From: a virus
Virus record (IMG/VR): IMGVR_UViG_3300001605_000008
Span: 64,001-128,000 of that record
Reading direction: 5' to 3' (one strand)
DNA: 64,000 bases
Shown here: piece after piece, positions 37,344-46,153 of the stretch
Layout of the letters: each line of letters starts with the position of its first letter
Numbering within the stretch: the stretch's first letter is position 1
Program-made: the position numbers and the translations under genes
The notes under the pieces: generated by a model
Database searches by the model: none
Told to the model about the DNA's origin: nothing
The model's input: only the letters and a program-made list of their open reading frames with translations

Positions 37344-38461
37344 CTCTGGCTTCCTCCCTGATCCCAAACTTTGGTAATTTTTGAACCGCAGGTCATGGAA
37401 CATTCAAATAATCTGCCATCTGACAATGATTTATCCCAGTTGCTGATCAACTCATCCCACATGCTGTTGTTAAAAATATCTTTTAAACTGTAGCGATGTA
37501 TGTTGAGATTTTCTAATCCGTGATTTTCCAAAAACATCCGGACTTGGTTTTTACCACCAACTGAACTCAGTTCGTTGGCTTCGGGTAAAATACCCGACTC
37601 GTAGAATCTCCGATCGTACAAGTTGTGATTAAAAAAATTACAAGGCAACACTGTTCCTTCTACATTGATAGCAACCTTGGAACCAAGCAAGGCATCACAT
37701 TTAATCTTTGTATCATTGAAATAGTCTTTGATGTTGTTGAATTGTTTTTTTATGTCAGGCAAAAACAACATGGTCTGATTGCGATACTCTGCAATAGTTG
37801 GCGGTTCAAGCACATATTGATCTTGCACCGGCCATGACATCAGTTCTTCCACTGTTCGATGATTGAAAAATCTTCCTGTCTTGCGTATCAGTATATTAAA
37901 AAATCCTAGATCCTGACTGAGTTTGATCGCATCAGCAATCTGATGCTGGTTATGTTTGAACACAATAAAATTCCATTGGGCTCGACCGCCTGCTTGTATA
38001 AATGCCCGGGCGTTTTCGATGACTTTGTTGTATTTTACATTTCTTCTATAGAGATGTAAAGTATCTTCTAGTCCATCGATTCCAAAATCAATCTGTCCAT
38101 GCCCGTTCATGATCTTGGCGATCTCTGTCCAGTATTCACGATCATGAACTCCTCCATTGGTGTGGATGTACAACCACAGTGTGGGGTGTTTTTTCCGGAA
38201 ATCTCTGAGTATATCTAGAAATTCTGGGTGCATGATGGGATCGCCATAGCTGCCACAGAAAAATACCTGCCGTAGTTTTTGACACAGCTCTGGACCAAAC
38301 ACCTGATCTATCACGCCTCGGTCAAGGTGACGCAACGGCATATACTTGTTGATGCCTGCTCCGTTGTCATTGCGCGGGCACTGCGGGCACGCCGCGTTGC
38401 AATAGGAAGTTATTTCAATTTGATATTCGGTTATTTGATCATAACAAAATTTAGATACCAT
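37340..38461 (-). CDS. Radical SAM protein (SPASM/twitch-type)
   Basis: CNAACPQC, GSYGDP, HTNGG, C-terminal C..(VLP)C...C..TC. Confidence 0.9.
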   Translation of the reverse strand: MVSKFCYDQITEYQIEITSYCNAACPQCPRNDNGAGINKYMPLRHLDRGVIDQVFGPELCQKLRQVFFCGSYGDPIMHPEFLDILRDFRKKHPTLWLYIHTNGGVHDREYWTEIAKIMNGHGQIDFGIDGLEDTLHLYRRNVKYNKVIENARAFIQAGGRAQWNFIVFKHNQHQIADAIKLSQDLGFFNILIRKTGRFFNHRTVEELMSWPVQDQYVLEPPTIAEYRNQTMLFLPDIKKQFNNIKDYFNDTKIKCDALLGSKVAINVEGTVLPCNFFNHNLYDRRFYESGILPEANELSSVGGKNQVRMFLENHGLENLNIHRYSLKDIFNNSMWDELISNWDKSLSDGRLFECSMTCGSKITKVWDQGGSQR

Positions 38462-38484
38462 TGCGATAATTGTATAATTATTAG

Positions 38485-39987
38485 ATGATTGACATATTAT
38501 TGATCAATGTTCCCCAGATTTCCTTGGTTTACCCACCCGCTGCCACAAGCCTTCTCAAAGGAATTTGTGAAACCAACGGATTCTCGGCCAAAGTAAAAGA
38601 TTTCAACTTGGAATTGTACACTGCATGTGACGATAATAACATAAAAACCGAACTAGATCAATGGTTCAGTCTAAATAATTTTTCAACCGTACTTAGCGAT
38701 AAAAGTCAAGCATACCTGGATTTGTTTTTAGAAAATACCATACAAGAAATTTTAAAAATCAATCCCAGGTGGCTGGGCATCAGTGTGTTTACTTTCCAGT
38801 GCCAGATTTTTACCACTCTATTGCTGAAAAATATCCGCTCTCGATATCAGGGAAAAATAGTAGTTGGTGGTGCTGGCCTATCCACCAACGGTATTGCTGC
38901 GGCCAAGACTGATTTTGCAAAATGGTTGTTGGATCAAGAACTTATTGATTATTACATACGTGGCGAAGGTGATCGATTACTGATAGACTTGCTGAACGAT
39001 CGTCACGAACAGCCTGGCATCAACAACGACGAATTACAACAGATTGAAAACCTAGATCTATTACCATACCCCAACTACGAAGACGTGGTTGATTTGCCAT
39101 ATCAGTGGAGTACTGGACAAACACAACTGCCTATTACCGGCAGCAGAGGGTGCATCAGATCCTGCAGTTTCTGTGACATACATGTGGCCTGGCCCAAGTA
39201 TAGATACCGCAGCGGCGAACTCATAGCCAAAGAGATGATTGAACAATATAACAAACACAACGTCACTAGTTTTTGGTTTACTGATAGTCTCATCAATGGA
39301 AGCATGAAAACTTTTAGATCCTTGTGCAATGCACTGATAGATTTTTATAATCAGCAAAAGTTTCCAAAAAAGTTTTTCCGATGGGGAGGACAATTTGTAG
39401 TGCGTGACTCAAAAAGCATGACCGTGCTTGATTATCAATTGGCTGCAGAGGCCGGGATGAATGGTGTGGCCATGGGGGTCGAGAGTCTCAGTGAATCGGT
39501 CAGGGACCACATGAAAAAAGGGTTCAGTAACGATGATTTAGATTTTACTCTATCTCAAATGCACAAGAATGACATGAATTGTTATTTTCTGATGATGGTG
39601 GGATACCCAACTGAGACCAGTGCTGATTTTCAGAACGGCATAGATAAATTCAACGAATATCAACCGTATGCCTTGGACGGGACAATTTATGGTATAAATC
39701 TTGGAACCACGGTCAGTATCGACGAAGGGACTCCGTTGTTTCATGCCATGAATTCTGATCCCTTGGCTCATCGAGAAATCAAGGGATTTGATTGGGTATA
39801 TCCCGGTAATCCAGAATTAACATTCAAAGAACGCATCCGTCGCAGGATATTCCTGCAGGAAGAATTGATGCGACTTGGTTATAAAATATGGAACGGCGAT
39901 TCACAGTTGATAAAACTCAAAGAAGCATATGACAAAATATCACACGGAACATATAAAACTCAAATTTGGCTACAGGTCGCAGAATAA
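38485..39987 (+). CDS. Cobalamin-binding radical SAM protein (class B methyltransferase-like)
   Basis: N-terminal B12-domain features (LGISVF..Q, IVVGG), SRGCIRSCSFC, FTDSLING, GVESLSE, MVGYPTET. Confidence 0.85.
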   Translation: MIDILLINVPQISLVYPPAATSLLKGICETNGFSAKVKDFNLELYTACDDNNIKTELDQWFSLNNFSTVLSDKSQAYLDLFLENTIQEILKINPRWLGISVFTFQCQIFTTLLLKNIRSRYQGKIVVGGAGLSTNGIAAAKTDFAKWLLDQELIDYYIRGEGDRLLIDLLNDRHEQPGINNDELQQIENLDLLPYPNYEDVVDLPYQWSTGQTQLPITGSRGCIRSCSFCDIHVAWPKYRYRSGELIAKEMIEQYNKHNVTSFWFTDSLINGSMKTFRSLCNALIDFYNQQKFPKKFFRWGGQFVVRDSKSMTVLDYQLAAEAGMNGVAMGVESLSESVRDHMKKGFSNDDLDFTLSQMHKNDMNCYFLMMVGYPTETSADFQNGIDKFNEYQPYALDGTIYGINLGTTVSIDEGTPLFHAMNSDPLAHREIKGFDWVYPGNPELTFKERIRRRIFLQEELMRLGYKIWNGDSQLIKLKEAYDKISHGTYKTQIWLQVAE

Positions 39988-40438
39988 AAACGGATGGCCA
40001 CTGATCAGAGTAACCATCAACGATTCGGTGGTTGATGTGTTTGAAGCCAACGGTACCGAATGGACCAGAGATAGCAAGTTAAAATTAAAAAAAATCAACT
40101 CTTTAAAAATCTGGCATTTTGGTAAAAACTATCATGTGGATCATGGGCCTGACAAATTCTTTGAATTACAAAAAGCATACATCAATGGTGTTGATTTAAA
40201 ACATCATATACATCGTTTTCAACAGCATGCTTTTTTGCCACCATGGGACAAGGAAATTCCAGTGGTAAATGGACTATATCTGGGGCACGAGGGGTACTTA
40301 GAACTTAGATTTTCTAGTCCGGTCAACGCCTGGATACAAGATCTTTTTGGCATCCAGGACACCACCATACACGGACAACAAACAACATTAGAGTGTCTTG
40401 AGAATATCAAAAAGCATTTTGGATCCCTAAACCCATAG
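39929..40438 (+). CDS. Hypothetical protein
   Basis: 169-aa ORF overlapping the B12 radical SAM gene end. Confidence 0.55.
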   Translation: MTKYHTEHIKLKFGYRSQNKNGWPLIRVTINDSVVDVFEANGTEWTRDSKLKLKKINSLKIWHFGKNYHVDHGPDKFFELQKAYINGVDLKHHIHRFQQHAFLPPWDKEIPVVNGLYLGHEGYLELRFSSPVNAWIQDLFGIQDTTIHGQQTTLECLENIKKHFGSLNP

Positions 40439-41053
40439 AACCAGCGCTTGCTTGGTTAGATTGAATTTTGCGAAATTACTGCTGCAATGCAGTTGGTGCC
40501 GAGGCCATACTATGATACTGCCCATGCGCCATTCGGCAACATCGCTCACGGGAATATACTTGAGTATTTGGAACTCTTCATCAGAGTGATGGTCCAACAT
40601 TTCCATGAGAGACGGGTCGTTTTCCGTTGGGTTGTCAGGAATGGATAACTTTTTTTTGCTTTCGTGTTCTAAAAAATAATCAAAAAATACAGTCCGGAAA
40701 TTTTTGTTTTCGGAAAACGGAATCAAAATACCGAGATTGGATGAGTTCTTGCAGTCATGAGTCAGGATATTCCGAGATTTAAAAATTTCATTGGTATCAA
40801 AGTGTGCTGTAAACGGCCATATGGCGTCTAGATAATGCCCTCCGTCAAAGGCATGTTCGCCAATCAATGAGTTTAATATAGGATTTAAAATTTGATAAGG
40901 CAGCAACTGATGATCGTCGTACAACGGATGTTTCATGTATCGAAATATATCACCGTTGTCGCGATATCGCACATTAGAGATCGGTTGGGTATCATAAAAC
41001 TCTATCAATTCCTCTAAGAGGGAAATAGAAATAGCGTTGTCAATTATTTTCAT
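40427..41053 (-). CDS. 2OG-Fe(II) oxygenase-like protein
   Basis: FTAHFD (HxD) ... GSIIVWPRHQLHCS distal His. Confidence 0.6.
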   Translation of the reverse strand: MKIIDNAISISLLEELIEFYDTQPISNVRYRDNGDIFRYMKHPLYDDHQLLPYQILNPILNSLIGEHAFDGGHYLDAIWPFTAHFDTNEIFKSRNILTHDCKNSSNLGILIPFSENKNFRTVFFDYFLEHESKKKLSIPDNPTENDPSLMEMLDHHSDEEFQILKYIPVSDVAEWRMGSIIVWPRHQLHCSSNFAKFNLTKQALVLWV

Positions 41054-41058
41054 AGCAA

Positions 41059-42822
41059 TCAGCCTGCTTCGATGTCAGTATTATACGATGTAAAACCACC
41101 CTCCTTTACAACTTTTAAGATGTTTTCCACCCTACCAGCTAGTTCGTCTCGGTGACTCACCAACCAGATGCTTTTTTGTCGTTCTCGGCTCATCTTCTTT
41201 AACAAAGCCAGGGAATTTTCTACTCCCTGGGTGTCCATGCCCGAATCGATCAATTCGTCGATAAACAGCACATTGATGGGATGATAAAGGCTTTCCCACA
41301 CATCGCGGAACGCCCATGACATTGAAAGTATCAGGCGATTGCGCTCGCCTCGACTGAGATTGTCAAAGTCCAGGTCCCGGCCCAGTTCTGTGATCTCCAC
41401 AGTGAGATCGTTTTGGAATATCACCTGGTGTGGCAATCCAATGCGATCCAGATAGTGTGTGAGGCGTTGATTGAGATAGCCGAGATTCTGTTCAATGATT
41501 TTTTTACGGATAAACGAATCTTTGTTCGTGAGTAGTTTCAAAAGGAAGTCTTGGTGATCCTGTAGTCTGGTAAGTTCATTGAGAGCATCGTAGGTAACCT
41601 CTTGTAGGGCCTGGCCGCGCATTTCTTCGATCTGTTCCGCATAGAGGTCCACATCAGCTGATCGATTGGCGAGATCTCGTTTCAGGCCATCCAGGCTGTT
41701 GCGATGATTCAAGGCCTGTTCGAGACTGTCGTAGAACACCGCAGGTGCAGATCCTAAATCTCCGGTGTCTTCGAGTTCATTGAGATGTTCTGTTTTCTGT
41801 GTGAAATTGGTCAACAGCTGGAGGGCGATCTCCTGGAGATTTTTTTGTTTTTCCTCGAGGATTTCGTCCTGCTTTGAGTCATGCAGATCCTGGCCGCAAG
41901 CATGGCATCGATGTTCTCTGAGAGCAGAGATGTCTTGTTCTAGTTTCCGTTGATCTTTTTCCAGCTTGCTGCTTTCCTGGTCGATCTGTCGCACCCATTT
42001 GTTGAGTTCGTCGATGTGTTTCTTCCGGAGATGATATGCTTCGAGATCTCGATGCGCCTGTACTTCCTGATCAATATCGATATGCTCCAAGGAAGAGACC
42101 GCGGCCTGGAAACCCTGTATGTCTTCTTGTTTTTTCTTCTGCCACAGCACCTGGCGCTTTTCCAAGCTCACAATCTGTTCTTCGATGCGACGGTTGGCTT
42201 CTTGCACTGCTCGGATGCGTAGTTCTTCTGCAGTAATAGCTTCTTTGGTGGCACGATTTATTTCTTTGATGCGTTCTGCTCGTTCGCTCAGTAGAGTGAT
42301 ACCCAAGAGCTGTTCGATGATCACTCGCTGATCGTTGGCCTTCAAGCTCAGGAAAGGTTCTGTATAAGTGTTCAGGGCCAGGACATGACGGAACATATCG
42401 TGAGTCATGCCCAGTACAGATTCTATGGCTTCCTGTGTTTCTCTGGAATCACCCTGGCTGTTGTCATCGGCGGCTTGTTCTTCGGAATTTACATAAAACC
42501 TAAGCAGATTAGGTTTGCGACCACGCTCCACCCGATACTCACGACCATTCACAGAAAAGTCCAGGCTTACTAGCATGTTTTTGCCATTGGTCTTGTTGAC
42601 CAGATTGTCTTTGCGTATGTTAGTGAGCGCTTGTCCGTAGAGAGCATAAGAAAGTGCGTTGATGATGGTGGTTTTTCCTGTGCCATTTCTTGAACCATCA
42701 CCACCTAGGTCTAAGTTTTCGCCCAACACAAGGGTGAGATCACGACGATCAAAGTTGATGGCCTGAGTGGCATTGCCCACGCTCATGAAGTTCTTGACAG
42801 TTAAATCTTTAATATTGATCAT
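41059..42822 (-). CDS. gp46: Recombination nuclease ATPase subunit (gp46/Rad50/SbcC)
   Basis: NFMSVGN, NGTGKTT Walker A, coiled coil with CHAC hook, LSRGE signature, LFIDE Walker B. Confidence 0.95.
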   Translation of the reverse strand: MINIKDLTVKNFMSVGNATQAINFDRRDLTLVLGENLDLGGDGSRNGTGKTTIINALSYALYGQALTNIRKDNLVNKTNGKNMLVSLDFSVNGREYRVERGRKPNLLRFYVNSEEQAADDNSQGDSRETQEAIESVLGMTHDMFRHVLALNTYTEPFLSLKANDQRVIIEQLLGITLLSERAERIKEINRATKEAITAEELRIRAVQEANRRIEEQIVSLEKRQVLWQKKKQEDIQGFQAAVSSLEHIDIDQEVQAHRDLEAYHLRKKHIDELNKWVRQIDQESSKLEKDQRKLEQDISALREHRCHACGQDLHDSKQDEILEEKQKNLQEIALQLLTNFTQKTEHLNELEDTGDLGSAPAVFYDSLEQALNHRNSLDGLKRDLANRSADVDLYAEQIEEMRGQALQEVTYDALNELTRLQDHQDFLLKLLTNKDSFIRKKIIEQNLGYLNQRLTHYLDRIGLPHQVIFQNDLTVEITELGRDLDFDNLSRGERNRLILSMSWAFRDVWESLYHPINVLFIDELIDSGMDTQGVENSLALLKKMSRERQKSIWLVSHRDELAGRVENILKVVKEGGFTSYNTDIEAG

Positions 42823-42830
42823 ATCGACTA

Positions 42831-44129
42831 TTATACACTAAATTCTTTATCAAGCCAAGGAAATAACAATCGCCAGTTAGTATTCCGACGAGAATCAATC
42901 ACAGATAGATAATTCTTCAAATTATCTATTTCATGTGGATTATTTTTGCATTGACTGTGTTTTGTTGCGATTCCAATCATGGCACCTTTTTGATTTTGTT
43001 GTATGTCTGAATCATCGGGCATAAGATCGATTATACGCTGAAAGTCGTTTTTAAATACTGATTGATCAAAATAATAAAGATTATCAAGATACCCGGTAGT
43101 GTTAAAACTATGGATAATGTGTTTGTTATGATCATCTGATGCTATTTTTTCACGTACGATATTCCATTGATTTATTTTTTCCAGTAACAATGGCAGTTGC
43201 TTTATTGTCAGTGCCGAAAGAGCGCTGTTGATAGAACAAGTAATCCCTGGATCCGCCAGCGCTGCTTCAAAATTTTTCTGCCAGGTATCAAGATTTATTC
43301 CATGCCTGGTGTACTCTTGTTCTGGTCCCCATGCATCTATGCTACCGATAATCTCCACAGTCATGATCTTACCGGTGTTAACCAATGAGTGGAATTTTTC
43401 CATATAGCTTAAAAATCTCGTGTGCGGTACATTTAGATTGGTAACAAGTGCAATAATAAGATTGGGGTTGGGATGATCAAACCAAAAATCAATGCACTGA
43501 TCAAGTTCATCGATGAGAAAAGGTTCGCCGCCCAACACATGGAATCGTCTTAGCGCCTTGTATCTCTGATTGGTACCTAAGTATTTCCACAAATCATTTA
43601 CCATACGTTGATAGTGTGGATTATGTTGTGATTTAGTTACAGCAAATGGATTCTTTTTTAAATCAAATGAGCTTTGGAATTTTCTGTTTTCTTGCTCCCA
43701 TGCGCTGCTAAAATGCGGACCACAATAAACACATTTCATATTACAAGTGTTGTTAAAATAGACCTCCAACATAGTTGGAGTAATCTTGGTTTCCATGGGA
43801 TTGTCAAGCAACTCTGGTGGTGATAGACCCATATCGGTCATCCCCCGTAGCTGCATCATGCGATCACTTTCTCCACCGGCATTTTCTACATCTCGACAGT
43901 AATTACATCCATGCCCGGGCCATTGCCCATTGAGCATTTTCTCTCGCGCCAGAACTTTTTCTGGTAAGTTATGAAACTCGCTAAAATTGTCTGGATCTAT
44001 GGCATATTTCTGTGTGCGATGGCAAGAAGCAGTGGATCCACTGTTGAAAAAAATAGTGCTCCAGCCCCATTTAAGCAAACATGCAGGATCTTGCTCGATT
44101 GGAAATATGCTATAGACCTTTTGTGTCAT
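42831..44129 (-). CDS. Radical SAM protein with N-terminal Cys cluster, inserted between gp47 and gp46
   Basis: CNMKCVYC, HVLGGEPF, TNL, SIDA; N-terminal C..W..SCH..C.YC. Confidence 0.85.
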   Translation of the reverse strand: MTQKVYSIFPIEQDPACLLKWGWSTIFFNSGSTASCHRTQKYAIDPDNFSEFHNLPEKVLAREKMLNGQWPGHGCNYCRDVENAGGESDRMMQLRGMTDMGLSPPELLDNPMETKITPTMLEVYFNNTCNMKCVYCGPHFSSAWEQENRKFQSSFDLKKNPFAVTKSQHNPHYQRMVNDLWKYLGTNQRYKALRRFHVLGGEPFLIDELDQCIDFWFDHPNPNLIIALVTNLNVPHTRFLSYMEKFHSLVNTGKIMTVEIIGSIDAWGPEQEYTRHGINLDTWQKNFEAALADPGITCSINSALSALTIKQLPLLLEKINQWNIVREKIASDDHNKHIIHSFNTTGYLDNLYYFDQSVFKNDFQRIIDLMPDDSDIQQNQKGAMIGIATKHSQCKNNPHEIDNLKNYLSVIDSRRNTNWRLLFPWLDKEFSV

Positions 44130-45142
44130 AGGGCCTGATAGATTTGTAATAATAATTTAGGATCGTAAAACTCCGACTCAATCTTGGTGATCTGATCAGT
44201 GACGATCTGATCCACCGATTCAAATCGGACATCACCTGGTGCCATGTCTTCTTCCAACGCCGACCTTTTGTTAGGCATCAACGCCATCTCACGTAGTCCA
44301 TGCTGCTTGATAAATGTTTCTTTGATATAGTTGGCTTCCTCGTAAGATATCTCAATGTCTAATTGTACCCTTACGTGCATATTGGGCCGGAGGATGGCAG
44401 CAGCATGGTCTATCACATGGCTGAGATCCCATACATTGTACAAAGGCTGCTCAGGCCAAGCATGATAACGGGGCTCGTGCCCCCATTCTAAAATCATGCA
44501 ACCACGATTGGTATCGCCGGCATCGGCAAAGTTATGCGGGAAAGCGTTGCCGATATAGTTGATATTGTTTTTCTTTTGCCGTAAATGAAAATGTCCAGAG
44601 AATACCTGATCGTAGTGTCCAAAATGCTCCACGGCGATCTCGCCATGATCCGGCATTTCCACCATGGCGTTCATCTTGAAGTGCGGCAGTTCAAAATGTC
44701 CAAACATGTACTTGGCCGACATCTTGGAAATCTTTTTATGATCATCTCCTACCAGCCAAGGAGCGATGATCACATCTCCGTCTTGGAACCAGTCGTTAAC
44801 AATCACGATGTTGGGTATGTGTCGGGCCCACTCGGTGCTGTAGATGTCTCGGCGATCACGATAATAGAGATCGTGATTTCCAGGGATAAAGTAGAATCTA
44901 TCAAACGCCGCTGACAGTTTTTCCAAAGCACGTAGACTGTACTGTAGTGTCTGCATGTTGATCGACGCTCGATGATGGCTCCAGTCTCCCAGGAACATAC
45001 CGGTCTCGCAGCCCTGTTCCCGGGCAGTGGCGATGAACCAATCAACAAATCGTTCACAGTCTTGATTGTGGAGGAGACTGTTTGACTTCAAGCCAAAGTG
45101 CAGATCTGTGAAAACTGCTGTTTTTTTAAATAAGTTCGCCAT
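44126..45142 (-). CDS. gp47: Recombination nuclease subunit (gp47/Mre11/SbcD)
   Basis: FTDLHFG, LGDW, PGNHD, GHFE, SGHFH metallophosphoesterase motifs. Confidence 0.95.
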   Translation of the reverse strand: MANLFKKTAVFTDLHFGLKSNSLLHNQDCERFVDWFIATAREQGCETGMFLGDWSHHRASINMQTLQYSLRALEKLSAAFDRFYFIPGNHDLYYRDRRDIYSTEWARHIPNIVIVNDWFQDGDVIIAPWLVGDDHKKISKMSAKYMFGHFELPHFKMNAMVEMPDHGEIAVEHFGHYDQVFSGHFHLRQKKNNINYIGNAFPHNFADAGDTNRGCMILEWGHEPRYHAWPEQPLYNVWDLSHVIDHAAAILRPNMHVRVQLDIEISYEEANYIKETFIKQHGLREMALMPNKRSALEEDMAPGDVRFESVDQIVTDQITKIESEFYDPKLLLQIYQAL

Positions 45143-45154
45143 TGAGCTAGTATA

Positions 45155-46036
45155 CTAGTCTTCCGAAGGAATCGCAACCTGGCTGGGGCCAACCGCGGAA
45201 CCGGAATTTTGCCGACTCCAGGATGGTGTTAACCCGTTGATCTCCAGGATGTCGTCGCGGATGTTCTGCATTTTCTTTTCGATATTGAGCACTCTAGTGA
45301 ATGAATTGGTTATGGCTGCAGTATAATACGCAAACGGATTTTGTGATTTGCTTTCGTCGAATTGTAGTCCAATCTGGCTCAACTGCAAGAGAGCTTGGCC
45401 ACGCATTTCTTCGTTGTAGGAATATCCTCGCCAGTTTGACCGTGTGGCATAGCGTTCGCACAGCTTCATGAACATCATGGCCAGCTTGCGAGTCATCTCG
45501 CCGTGATCCCGAGAGTATTCACCGGTGTCAACATCGCCCCGCCAGTGGCTCTTGCCCACGAGATAAGGTATTTTATGATCTGTTATGCGATAGTGGAAAA
45601 ACGGGGGGAAGTTCACCCGAACATGCACAGGGTCCAGCACAGGTTCGTCGATGAGATCTGCCAAGGGATCTTCGGGGGGCAGCTCTTCAAAGCCCAGGAT
45701 GTCTTCGATTTTTTTCTTTTTGGCCGGTGTTTTGGGTTGTTTCTTGGGAGCCATGGGTATGTGTTCCCAGGTCATGACTCTAAACACCAGATCAGTGTTG
45801 GGAATCTTTTTCTCATTGACTTCTTGCTTGGTTTCCCGGGCGATCCTGGCCGCACGGTTTCTGCGTGCCTCGGCTATGGTGCGCTGGTTGATCTTGGTGA
45901 CCGACGGCAAAATGATGTCGTACTGATGATCCAGCACCGGGTCTCTATAACTGCAGTAGTTGTTCTTGCTGAGGTGTATTTCTTTCAGTAAATCTCGATT
46001 GTTGAGATAATTGACGCGGGGTGGTGTGGTTGACAA
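45155..46036 (-). CDS. gp55: Late-transcription sigma factor, gp55-like
   Basis: NYLNNRDLL, NWRGYSYNEEM, FDESKSQNPFAYYT..NSFTRVLNIEKK; TTG start behind AGGGAG SD. Confidence 0.8.
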   Translation of the reverse strand: MSTTPPRVNYLNNRDLLKEIHLSKNNYCSYRDPVLDHQYDIILPSVTKINQRTIAEARRNRAARIARETKQEVNEKKIPNTDLVFRVMTWEHIPMAPKKQPKTPAKKKKIEDILGFEELPPEDPLADLIDEPVLDPVHVRVNFPPFFHYRITDHKIPYLVGKSHWRGDVDTGEYSRDHGEMTRKLAMMFMKLCERYATRSNWRGYSYNEEMRGQALLQLSQIGLQFDESKSQNPFAYYTAAITNSFTRVLNIEKKMQNIRDDILEINGLTPSWSRQNSGSAVGPSQVAIPSED

Positions 46037-46062
46037 CGTGTTTTCTCCCTGGTAATGTACTT

Positions 46063-46093
46063 ATTATACAGGATTTGACAATGTTGTCAAATC
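46063..46093 (-). promoter_or_regulatory. Consensus sigma70 promoter TTGACA-16-TATAAT overlapped by a 9-bp inverted repeat
   Basis: GATTTGACA-ATGT-TGTCAAATC at 46072-46093; ATTATA at 46063-46068. Confidence 0.8.
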
Positions 46094-46129
46094 TTTTTCA
46101 AGGATAAACTCTGCCGTTTTTATTTCCGG

Positions 46130-46135
46130 TAAATA
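46130..46135 (+). promoter_or_regulatory. Late promoter core TAAATA (baseplate operon)
   Basis: GGTAAATA 18 nt before ATG 46154. Confidence 0.6.
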
Positions 46136-46153
46136 ATGCATCGGGAAACAAAA

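Noticed and set aside
2462-46153. Longer upstream starts in the ORF track (2462, 5449, 22621, 22527, 25656, 29492, 33704, 36444, 37403, 46136)
   Set aside because: Downstream ATGs fit the SD/TAAATA positions or ATGA overlaps; the extensions run through promoters or neighbouring genes.
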